Shown piece after piece: positions 7,860 through 17,699 of a stretch of 20,009 nt of DNA; position 1 is the first letter of the stretch; every line of letters begins with the position of its first letter. Position numbers and translations under genes: made by a program. The stretch spans positions 62,001-82,009 of the forward strand of contig JAXLNO010000433.1 of assembly GCA_038087875.1 (NCBI GenBank). The letters run 5' to 3'. This stretch comes from Malacoraja senta. Its lineage: Eukaryota. The notes beneath the pieces were generated by a model that was not told the DNA's origin, made no database searches, and saw nothing but the letters and a program-made list of their open reading frames with translations.

Positions 7860-9293
7860 ATGGGAGATTTGTTGAAAGAGAAGCTCGATCAGCTTCAGTG
7901 TCACTTCACGTGGGGCCCACAGAAGGAGGCCATTGACCTGGAGGATATGGTGTACCGATTACAAGATGCCATAATCTTTGCAGATAAATATCAAGCCGCA
8001 TCCTACAACCAACTCGCTTTCATAAACTGCCTGCAAGGTAACAGTGAGGAAGCTATTCAAAACTTAAAGGAGGCTGAAAAGATTCTGAGGGAGAACCACA
8101 AGGATGCATTTGAAAGAAACAGCATCATCACCTATGGAAACTATGCCTGGGTGCATTACCACATGGGACAACTGGCCAAGGCCCAGTCCTACCTCGACAA
8201 GCTGGAGATGATCTGTAAACCGCTCACTGATGGCCCTCGCTATACAGCAATGATACCTGAAGTGTATGGGGAGAAGGGATGGTCATTGTTGAGTATTGCT
8301 GCTCCATACTATGAGGAGGCTATGGAATGTTTTGAGAAAGCTATGGAGGGAGATCCCAATAACACGGAGTGGATCATGGGCAAAGCAACTGTTCTGTCTC
8401 GTCTGGAAGAATTTTCTGGAACCCCAGAGAGTCATGATTGGAGTCAGTCAGTGAAGTATCTGCGGCGTGTACTGGAGCTAGATCCAGATGATTCAATGGC
8501 CATGGTGAAGCTGGCCTTAAAATTGAAAGGACTCAATAAATGGGAAGAAGCAAATAAATTAGTTGAGCAAGCATTGCAGAAGCCCGGTAAGGATCCATAT
8601 GTGCTTCGCTATTTGGCAAAATTTTACAGAAAGGAAGGAGCAGTGGAGAAAGCAGTCAATCTATTTGAGCAAGCGTTAGAATTAACTCCACACTCGTGCT
8701 TCTTACACCACCAAATTGGAATATGTTATAGAATGAAACTGAACAAGCTTGGTAAAATAAATTCTCGCAGTCCCGCAACTCAGCAGCAAACTGAGTTGAT
8801 CAGTCAATGTAAATATCACTTTGGAAAAGCCTTTGAGTGCCGTCCAAGGTCAGCTATTAGACCAATGCTGGACTTTGCAGATATTTGCATAACAAGTGGA
8901 GAGTATTCTGAGGCAGAAGAGATCTACAATAATCTGGTGCAATTGGAGGACATCCGTCCAGAAAACACACAGCAGATATGTTTAAAGGCTGGGTCATTTG
9001 AACTGTATCAGAAAAGATCGGAGTCAAGTGCCATCAGCCTATTTCTGAAAGGAGTGAAGATTGAATATGATTCAAGAGAACGGAAAATGTGTAAGAACAA
9101 ATTGGAGAAGTGGGCAGATGGAAAACTTCTCAATGCTCCACGTGACAGCAAAGCTCTTGGTGTGATAGGGTTAATGTATCAGCTGGATGGGAACAAGTCC
9201 AAGGCTATTGAATACTTTGAAAAGGCCTTGAAGATTGATCATGAGAATGAAGAATATCTGTGTGCTCTTCCAGAATTACGTCTTAGTCATTGA
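7860..9293 (+). CDS. IFIT5: Interferon-induced protein with tetratricopeptide repeats, IFIT5-like (477 aa from the exon-2 ATG)
   Basis: IFIT signature motifs LQCHFTW, TYGNYAWVHYHMG, EKGWSLL, CFEKA..DPNN, PYVLRYLAKFYRK, FLHHQIGICYR; C-terminus ELRLSH resembles human IFIT5 ELRLSI; single large intact exon. The family call is firm; exact orthology to IFIT5 is not established. Confidence 0.93.
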   Translation: MGDLLKEKLDQLQCHFTWGPQKEAIDLEDMVYRLQDAIIFADKYQAASYNQLAFINCLQGNSEEAIQNLKEAEKILRENHKDAFERNSIITYGNYAWVHYHMGQLAKAQSYLDKLEMICKPLTDGPRYTAMIPEVYGEKGWSLLSIAAPYYEEAMECFEKAMEGDPNNTEWIMGKATVLSRLEEFSGTPESHDWSQSVKYLRRVLELDPDDSMAMVKLALKLKGLNKWEEANKLVEQALQKPGKDPYVLRYLAKFYRKEGAVEKAVNLFEQALELTPHSCFLHHQIGICYRMKLNKLGKINSRSPATQQQTELISQCKYHFGKAFECRPRSAIRPMLDFADICITSGEYSEAEEIYNNLVQLEDIRPENTQQICLKAGSFELYQKRSESSAISLFLKGVKIEYDSRERKMCKNKLEKWADGKLLNAPRDSKALGVIGLMYQLDGNKSKAIEYFEKALKIDHENEEYLCALPELRLSH

Positions 9294-9732
9294 GGACCAC
9301 AAGGATGCTAATAATATGCACCGATTTCATCTGATCTAAGGATAAGTTTGGTGATGTGTGTGTTTTACTAATTATATTCTGATAGCATCTTCTTTGAATG
9401 AAGGCTTTACTTATGAGTGTGAAGTTTTCAAAAATGATCTTGTGCTGCATTTAAACATTTTTTTTAAATTATTGTACTTTAAAAAATAATAACACCTCAA
9501 GCACACCAATCAAATGGAATTTAGTTAGGTAAGTGTGGAATTTGTGTTTAGTGTGGAAATGGGAATTGGTAAATGGCACGTGGAACCAGATATCGTTGAG
9601 GCTCCTGGCAAGTTTCCTCATCTCAATCATTTTACTCTTTATTTTTTCTTGTTTCTCAATGCACAATTATAACTTTGGAATGATTTAATTTTTGAGATCA
9701 TTATAAGATGTCCTACATTGACATGTCTCTTA

Positions 9733-9738
9733 ATTAAA
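9733..9738 (+). promoter_or_regulatory. Candidate polyadenylation signal (ATTAAA) for the IFIT 3' UTR
   Basis: Variant hexamer about 440 nt after the stop, following an AT-rich UTR with several ATTTA motifs. Confidence 0.35.
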
Positions 9739-10269
9739 GCTTCAAAGCAGAGATTGGTTCTGCCTCAACCAAATCGAAGGAACACAAACAACAGATCCTT
9801 AAAGTGTTCATCCTGCTGCTGGGAGTGATGGAGGAAAGGCTGGGGAGGGGGTCTGTTGGGGAGGGGAGGTTACCAGGATAATTAATGGAATTTCAAGAGA
9901 TGATATTATTGACAAAGGAAAGATTCAAGTTGACATTATCAGGCATAATAATTAATAATCAAGGACAATGTAGCTACAAAACTCAAATCTATTTTGAAAA
10001 TACCAATGGATTCATAATGGAACCAGAAATTGGAAGTGATTAATGGAAAGATGAACCCTTCCATGTGGCCATCCCCAACAGTGTGGATATAGCCAGATGG
10101 CATTCCTGTAATACTTTGTACTATAATGACTATAATACTTTATACACTGTAACTTTGGCCAGAAACGTGGCGACTCTTTGTGTACTTTGTGTAGTGTATG
10201 CAAAATAAAGAATTTCACTGCACCCAAGTACATGTGAGAATAAAGTATCATTGAATTATTGAATCGTTC

Positions 10270-10572
10270 AAACCTCTGTGTAAAAAAACGTGCCCCGCAT
10301 ATCTCCATTATACTTTACCCCGTCACCAAAACACTATGCCCTCTTATGTTGGACATTTCCAAAAAGATTCTGACTGTCTGTCCTAACTATGCCTCTCATA
10401 AGTATATATTTTTCTATCCTCTCATCCTCCGATGTTCCAGAGAAAACAATCCAAGCCTATCCAACCTTTCCCTGTGGATGAAACCCTCTAATCCAGGCAG
10501 CATTCTGGTAAACCTCTGCACTCTTGCTAAAGCATCCACATTTTTCCTGTAATGGGCCACCAGAACTGCATG
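10270..10572 (-). mobile_element. Old CR1 ORF2 C-terminal fragment
   Basis: Minus ORF 10414..10614 HYRKNVDALARVQRFTRMLPGLEG..RERLDRLGLFSLEHRRMRG. Confidence 0.8.
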
Positions 10573-10773
10573 CAATTGCAGACAATTGTGGAGATAGCCC
10601 GGACCATCACGCAAACTAATCTTCCTTCCCTTGATTCCATCAACACTTCAAGCTGCCTTGGCAAGACCACCAGCATAATCAAGGATGAGTCTCATTCCCT
10701 TTTCTCCTCTCTCCCATCAGTCAAGAGGTACAGTAGTTTGAAAACGCATACCTCCAGATTCAGGAGCAGTTTC
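10573..10773 (+). mobile_element. Rex1/Babar-type non-LTR retrotransposon C-terminal fragment, cut by the young CR1
   Basis: LQTIVEIARTITQTNLPSLDSINTSSCLGK..IIKDESH.LFSSLPS.KRYSSLKTHTSRFRSSF is homologous to the end of ORF 19078..19626. Confidence 0.75.
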
Positions 10774-10863
10774 ATAGATACATAGAAAATAGGTGCAGGA
10801 GTAGGCCATTCGGCCCTTCGAGCCTGCACCGCCATTCAATATGATCATGGCTGATCATCCAAC

Positions 10864-13800
10864 TCAGTATCCCGTACCTGCCTTCTCTCCATACCCCCTG
10901 ATCCCTTTAGCCACAAGGGCCACATCTAACTCCCTCTTAAATATAGCCAATGAACTGGCCTCAACGACCCTCTGTGGCAGAGAGTTCCAGAGATTCACCG
11001 CTCTCTGTGTGAAAAAGTTTTACCTCATCTCGGTCTTAAAGGATTTCCCCCTTATCCTTAAGCTGTGACCCCTTGTCCTGGACTTCCCCAACATCGGGAA
11101 CAATCTTCCTGCATCTAGCCTGTCCAACCCCATAAGAATTGTATACGTTTCTATAAGATCCCCTCTCAATCTCCTAAATTCTAGCGAGTATAAGCCAAGT
11201 CTATCCAGTCTTTCTTCATATGAAAGTCCTGACATCCCAGGAATCAGTCTGGTGAACCTTCTCTGCACTCTCTCTATGGCTATAATGTCCTTCCTCAGAT
11301 TTGGAGACCAAAACTGTACACAATACTCCAGGTGTGGTCTCACCAAGACCCTGTACAACTGCAGTAGAACCTCCCTGCTCCTATACTCAAATCCTCTTGC
11401 TATGAAGGCCAACATACCATTCGCTTTCTTCACTGCATGCTGCACCTGCATGCCTACTTTCAATGACTGGTGTACCATGACACCCAGGTCTCGTTGCATC
11501 TCCCCATTTCCTAATCGGCCACCAATTAGATAATAGTCTGCCTTCCCGTTTTTGCCACCAAAGTGGATAACCTCACATTTATCCACATTATACTGCATCT
11601 GCCAAACATTTGCCCACTCACCCAGCCTATCCAAGTCACCTTGCAGTCTCCTAGCATCCTCCTCACAGCTAACACTGCCCCCCAGCTTAGTGTCATCCGC
11701 AAACTTGGAGATGTTGCTTTCTATTCCCTCGTCCAGATCATTAATATAAATTGTAAATAGCTGGGGTCCCAGCACTGAGCCTTGCGGTACCCCACTAGTC
11801 ACTGCCTGCCATTGTGAAAAGGACCCGTTTACTCCTACTCTTTGCTTCCTGTTTGCCAGCCAGTTCTCTATCCACATCAATACTGAACCCCCAATACCGT
11901 GTGATTTAAGTTTGTGGTACCTTGTCGAAAGCCTTCTGAAAGTCCAGATACAACACATCCACTGGTTCTCCCCTATCCACTCTACTAGTTACATCCTCGA
12001 AAAATTCTATAAGATTCGTCAGACACGATTTACCTTTCGTAAATCCATGCTGACTTTGTCCAATGATTTCACCACTTTCCAAATGTGCTGCTATCCCATC
12101 TTTAATAACTGACTCTAGCAGTTTCCCCACTACCGATGTTAGACTAACTGGTCTGTAATTCCCCGTTTTCTCTCTCCCTCCCTTCTTAAAAAGTGGGGTT
12201 ACGTTTGCTACCCTCCAATCCTCAGGAACTACTCCAGAATCTAAAGAGTTTTGAAAAATTATCACTAATGCATCCACTATTTCTGGAGCTACTTCCTTAA
12301 GTACTCTGGGATGCAGCCTATCTGGCCCTGGTGATTTATCGGCCTTTAATCCATTCAATTTACCCAACACCACTTCCCGACTAACCTGGATTTCACTCAG
12401 TTCCTCCATCTCCTTTGACCCACGGCCCCCTGCTATTTCCGGCAGATTATATATGTCTTCCTTAGCGAAGACGGAACCAAAGTAGTTATTCAATTGGTCC
12501 GCCATATCCTTGTTCCCCATGATCAATTCACCTGTTTCTGACTGCAAGGGACCTACATTTGTTTTAACTAATCTCTTTCTCGTCACATATCTATAAAAAC
12601 TTTTGCAGTCAGTTTTTATGTTCCCTGCCAGTTTCCTTTCATAATCTATTTTCCCTTTCCTAACTAAGCCCTTTGTCCTCCTCTGCTGGTCTCTGAATTT
12701 CTCCCAGTCCTCTGGTATGCTGCTTTTTCTGGCTAATTTGTACGCATCATCTTTTGCTTTGATACTATCCCTGATTTCCCTTGTTATCCACGGATGCACT
12801 ACCTTCCCTGATTTATTCTTTTGCCAAACTGGGATGAACAATTTTTGTAGTTCATCCATGCAGTCTTTAAATGCCTTCCATTGCATATCCACCGTCAACC
12901 CTTTTAGAACTAATTGCCAGTCAATCTTGGCCAATTCACGTCTCATACCCTCAAAGTTACATTTCTTTAAGTTCAGAACCGTTGTTTCTGAATTAACAAT
13001 GTCACTCTCCATCCTAATGAAGAACTCAACCATATTATGGTCACTCTTGCCCAAGGGGCACGCACAACAAGTCTGCTAACTAACCCTTCCTCATTACTCA
13101 ATACCCAGTCTAGAATAGCCTGCTCTCTCGTTGGTTCCTCTACATATTGGTTTAGATAACTATCCCTCATACATTCCAAGAAATCCTCTTCCTCAGCACC
13201 CCTGCCAATTTGATTCACCCAATCTATATGTAGATTGAAGTCACCCATTATAACTGTTTTGCCTTTGTTGCACGCATTTCTAATTTCCTGTTTGATGCCA
13301 TCCCCAACTTCACTACTACTGCTAGGTGGCCTGTACACAACACCCACCAGCGTTTTCTTCCCCTTAGTGTTTCGCAGCTCTACCCATACCGATTCCACAA
13401 CCTCCAAGCTAATGTCCTTCCTTTCCACTGCGTTAATCTCCTCTCTAACCAGCAACGCTACCCCACCTCCTTTTCCTTTCTCTCTATCCCTCCTGAATAT
13501 TGAATATCCCTGGATGTTCAGCTCCCAGCCTTGGTCACCCTGGAGCCATGTCTCCGTGATCCCAACTATATCATAATCATTAATTGCTATCTGCACGTTC
13601 AACTCATCCACCTTATTACGAATGCTCCTTGCATTGAGACACAAAGCCTTCAGGCTTGTTTTTACAATGCTCTTACCCCTTATACAATTATGTTGAAAAG
13701 TGGCTCTTTTTGATTTTTGCCCTGGATTTGTCTGCCTGCCACTTTTACTTTTCACCTTGCTACCTATTGCTTCCGCCCGCATTTTACACCCCTCTGTTTC

Positions 13801-13960
13801 TCTGCGCACCCATTTAAGAACCCCACCAACTCTTATTCTCTGTTTATTATTGTTTTCTTCTTTCCCCCCTACATGTTGGGTCTGAGTGCTTTCCTTCTCT
13901 GCCTCCTGCCTCACACACTGTCTAATAGCATTCTCTATTTGAGTCCCTCCCCCCAACCAT
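10864..13960 (-). pseudogene. CR1 ORF2 (APE endonuclease plus reverse transcriptase), disrupted
   Basis: APE motifs CLNARS, GITETWL, GGGVALLV, VYRPP, MGDFN, SDHN and RT motifs QHGF, DFQKAFDKV, GVPQGSVLGP, FADD. Frameshift at about 13055, a 17-bp deletion at about 11914 relative to copy 1, and a premature TAA at 11020-11022. The true start is uncertain. Confidence 0.92.
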
Positions 13961-13961
13961 T

Positions 13962-14899
13962 CTAGTTTAAAGTCTCCCCAGTAGCCTTTGCAGATCTCCC
14001 CGCCAGGATATCGCTCCCCCTCAGGTTCAAGTGCAACCCATCCTTTTTGTACAGGTCGAACCTTCCACAAAAGAGGTCCCAATGATCCAGAAATTTGAAT
14101 CCCTGCCTTCTGCACCAGTCCTTCAGCCACGCATTTATCCTCCACCTCGCTCCATTCCTACTCTCACTGTCGCGTGGCACAGGCAGTAATCCCGAGATTG
14201 TTACCTTTGCTGTCCTTCTCTTTAACTCCCCTCCTAACTCCCTAAGTTCTCCTTTCAGGACCTCTTCTCTTTTTTTTTACCTATGTCATTGGTACCTATA
14301 TGTATCACGACCTCGGGCTCCTCTCCCTGCCCTTTCAGGATGTCTTGGACACGTTGAGACACATCACAGACCCTGGCACCAGGGAGGCAAACTACCATCC
14401 GGGTCTCCCGACTGCGTCCACAGAATCGCCTGTCTGACCCCCTAACTATAGAGTCCCCTATTAGTATTGCCCTCCTCTTCTTTTCCTTACCCTTCTGAGC
14501 AACAGGACCGGTCTCTATACCGGAGGCCCGGCCGCTGTCGCTACCCCCAGGTAGGCTGTCCACCCCAACAGTGCTCAAACAGGAGTACTTATTGTCAAGG
14601 TGTACAGCCACCGGGGTACTCTCTAGTCCCTGCCTGTGCCCCTTGCCTCTCCCAACCGTGATCCACTTGCCTGCCTCCTGTGGTGTTGGAGTGACCACAT
14701 CCCTGTAACTCCTCTCAATGACTTCCTCGCTCTCCCTGACCAGACGGAGGTCATCGAGCTGCTGCTCCAGGTTCCTAATACGGTCCATTAGGAGCCCCAT
14801 CTCGATACACCTGGCGCAGATGTGGACGTCTGGGGGGCTATCAGACTCCATGACTTCCCACATCTGACATCCTGAACGGTAAACTGCCCTGGCCCTCAT
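13962..14899 (-). pseudogene. CR1 ORF1 (zinc finger/coiled coil plus SGNH esterase), frameshifted
   Basis: CARC plus heptad leucines, ILIGDSIVRG, HIGTNDIG and KDGLHLN blocks; frameshift in the T run at about 14270-14278. Confidence 0.9.
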
Positions 14900-14917
14900 A
14901 CTCCCCTTACCCTGGAT

Positions 14918-14985
14918 AGAATACAAAACAAACTGCTAGAATACAAAACAAACTGCTACAATACAAAACAAACTGCTACAATACA
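14918..14985. repeat. 20-bp tandem repeat (about 3.3 copies) in the CR1 5' UTR
   Basis: (AATACAAAACAAACTGCTAG/C)n. Confidence 0.9.
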
Positions 14986-15107
14986 GTACAATCAGCAGGG
15001 ATCTGACTCCCAATCAGCTGCTCCCTCTTGTCTGCTTCCACCAATCAGCGGCTTCCTCAAACCCACTTGTTTTTGAAGTGGAACTTGGAACGTTACAGAT
15101 TGAGGTA

Positions 15108-15540
15108 CTCCTTTTTAACTCCTACCGCTTGGGTGTAGCTCCTCCCTCTGCGACCTCTCCAACGGCTCTCGGGCTTCTGTAAGGAACAAGCCCCGCGCTC
15201 CTTTTTAACTCCTACCGCTCGGGTGTAGCTCCTCCCTCTGCGACCTCTCCAACGGCTCTCGGGCCTCTGTAAGGAACAAGCCCCGCGCTCCTTTTTAACT
15301 CCTACCGCTCGGGTGTAGCTCCTCCCTCTGCGACCTCTCCAACGGCTCTCGGGCCTCTGTAAGGAACAAGCCCCGCGCTCCTTTTTAACTCCTACCGCTC
15401 GGGTGTAGCTCCTCCCTCTGCGACCACTCCAACGGCTCTCGGGCCTCTGTAAGGAACAAGCCCCGCGCTCCTTTTTAACTCCTACCGCTCGGGTGTAGCT
15501 CCTCCCTCTGCGACCTCTCCAACGGCTCTCGGGCCTCTGT
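15108..15540. repeat. 90-bp tandem array (about 4.8 near-identical copies) at the CR1 5' end
   Basis: CCTACCGCT recurs at 15121, 15211, 15301, 15391 and 15481; only three substitutions seen across the copies. Confidence 0.97.
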
Positions 15541-15917
15541 CAAGGTGTATCACGACCTCGGGCCTTGTTATCATGACAATGATAAATTAAACTAAAAAGT
15601 AATTGCCATTGATTGATTTAGTACAAATGATGGTTTTTGATCCAGGGAAAGGCTGATTCATTCTATATTTGATAGTGGGATTTGTAATGTCACAGATTCA
15701 TTTGCATCTCAACGCACAGTCTTACTCAGTTTTTGCTGGACCGATGGGGAGTAAAATCCACAGTTGGGTCAGAATAAATTAGTCTGAAAGTTTCTCTAGT
15801 TATACAGGCCCAGAAACATTGCTCAAAGAATCAAAAATCAGTAAAGCTGCATGTGCTGGAAATCTGAAATAAGAATAGCTGATGTAAAGTTAACAAAATC
15901 AACGTTGTCTTTTTCTT

Positions 15918-16485
15918 AGGTAGACAAAAATGCTGGATAAACTCAGTGGGTGAGGCAGCATCTATGGAGCAAAGGAAGAGTTGACGTTTCGGGTCGAGAC
16001 CCTTCTTCAGATTGATGTGGGGGTGGGGGTGGTTGGAAGAAGAAAGGAAGAGGCGGAGACAATAGGTTGGAAAGGGGGGTGGAAGGAGGGAGAAAGCAAG
16101 GACTACCTGAAATTGGAGAATTCAATGTTCATACCGCTGGGGTGTAAACTACCCAAGCGAAATAGGTGCTGCTCATCCAATTTGCGGTGGGACTCACTCT
16201 GGCCAAGGAGGAGGCCCAGGGCAGAAAGGATGGATTCGGAATGGGAGGGGGAGTTCATGTGCTTTGCCAATGGCAGATCAGGTTGGTTAAGGCGAACTGA
16301 GCGGAGGTGTTGGGCGAAGCGATCACCAAGCCTGCGCTTGGTCTTACCGATGTAGAGCAGTTGACGCCAAGAACAGCAGATGCAATAGATGAGGTTGGAG
16401 GAGGTGCAGGTGAACCTCTGCCTCACCTCGAAAGACTGCTTGGGTCCTTGGAGTCGAGGGGGAAGGTAAAGCGACAAGTGTAGCA
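15918..16485 (-). mobile_element. Penelope-like element 3' fragment: GIY-YIG endonuclease end plus pseudo-LTR
   Basis: FTCTSSNLIYCICC..QLLYIGKTKRRLGDRFAQH...LGSLHPSGMNIEF in ORF 16103..16594, followed by a pyrimidine-rich tract, a hammerhead motif and GATGCTGCCTCACCCACTGAGTTTATCCAGCATTTTTGT. Confidence 0.88.
15983..16010 (-). ncRNA. Minimal (dimer-type) hammerhead ribozyme core, probably degenerate
   Basis: Minus strand CUGAAGA-A-GGGUC-UC-GACCC-GAAA-C-GUC: conserved boxes, stem II and palindromic ACGU stem III; stem I is weak in this copy. Confidence 0.65.
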
Positions 16486-16714
16486 ATTTATTTCTATTTC
16501 TTGCTGCCTGACCTGGTTGTTTCCAGCATTCTCCACTTCTTACGCACGGCATAATTAGTTGCGAATAATTGAAAGAAGTACAATAGTAGAACACAAAAAT
16601 AGAAGAAACTCAGAGCAGGAATGGAAACCTGGCTACTCTGACCTGCTCCGTCATTCCAAATGACGCTGACAGATCTATGCTGGCCTTGTCTCCTCTTCTG
16701 TAATAGGTCCCCAT

Positions 16715-17241
16715 CAAATCAAGTCCAGTTTATTGTCAAATGCACAATTACAGTGAGTCCAGGTATGATGAAAAATTTGCAATCAGCAGCACCACAGACA
16801 CACCAACTCAGACAACACCCAAACAGCTTAAATTATACATAAACTCTGCAAGATAGCGCAATGAAAAAGATGAAAATAAATCAAAGACATTAGTGCAAAA
16901 CACTATTGGAAAACAAATCCATGGCAGCGCAAGAGGTCCATAGTGTTCCTTAGCTGGGGTCGGATTCAGATTGTGCAGATTGGTTCAAGAATTGGGAAAG
17001 TAGCTGTTCCTGAAACTAGTAGTGTGGGAGGGACCTCATGCTCCTGTACCTTCTGCCCGCCGATGGTTGAAATGAGAAGCGACAAGAGTGTCTATTTATA
17101 TATGCCCTGGATAGAACAATTAAATTCTTACTTGCAGCAGTACAACAGAATACGTTAACATCGTACACTGTAAACAATATAATGAACAAGATATATATAT
17201 TATACGCACACACTGCACAGTTTTTATTTTTTACATTTTTA

Positions 17242-17276
<35 letters not shown>

Positions 17277-17690
17277 TACACATAAAAACAAATAAACAAT
17301 AATAGTGAAAAAAGAGGAAGCCAATGCCCACAAGTCCACGTAATTCAGAGTTTATTTGGAGGTTGTAGTGTTTAATAGCCTGATGGTTGTAGGGAAGCAG
17401 CTGTTCCTGAACCTGGACACAGACACACTGGCAGAGCCCAGATGTGGGGACCCTTGAGGACAGATGCTGCTTTCTTGAGGCGACACCTCACGTAGATGCT
17501 TTCGATGGTACGGATGACTGTGCTCACGTTGGACTGGGCTGAACCCACAACTCTGCAGCCTCCTCCATACAGGTGCATGGGATTTGTCATGCCAGGCCAT
17601 GGTGCATCAGTTAGGATACTTTCTACAATACAACTGTAGGTTTCTTTGGGTAGCCAGTAACATGGTAAATCTCTTTCAACTTCTAACAAG
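16715..17690 (-). mobile_element. Two or more decayed Rex1/Babar-type 3' fragments
   Basis: Minus-strand SAGRRYRSM (about 17040-17065), SRFRNSCFPTTIRLLN (17352..17600) and YSCIVESILT; tail-like TTTATTGTCA at about 16728. Confidence 0.65.
17242..17283. repeat. (AT)n(AC)n microsatellite
   Basis: ATATATATATATATACACACACACACACACACACATACACA. Confidence 0.9.
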
Positions 17691-17699
17691 TGTATTTCA

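Larger units (their letters stand above)
10772..15565 (-). mobile_element. Near full-length young CR1 LINE (5' tandem array, 5' UTR, ORF1, ORF2, 3' UTR, tail), inactivated
   Basis: All domains are in order; tail CCTATTTTCTATGTATCTATGA on the minus strand; 10772-12076 is a close reverse complement of 1-1330. Confidence 0.96.

Noticed and set aside
97..9293. Prokaryotic retron, DGR or defence module (RT plus TPR protein)
   Set aside because: The RTs are CR1 and Rex non-LTR types with APE domain and tails; the TPR protein is a vertebrate IFIT with splice signals.
15108..15540. CRISPR-like array
   Set aside because: Units are contiguous with no unique spacers, there are no cas genes, and the context is eukaryotic.
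10772..15565. Autonomous active CR1
   Set aside because: ORF1 frameshift, two ORF2 frameshifts and a premature stop.
10760..15585. Target-site duplication for the long CR1
   Set aside because: The flanks CAGGAGCAGTT and TGTTATCATGAC share no convincing repeat; TGTTATCA might be the continuation of the interrupted Rex fragment, but the match is too short to claim.
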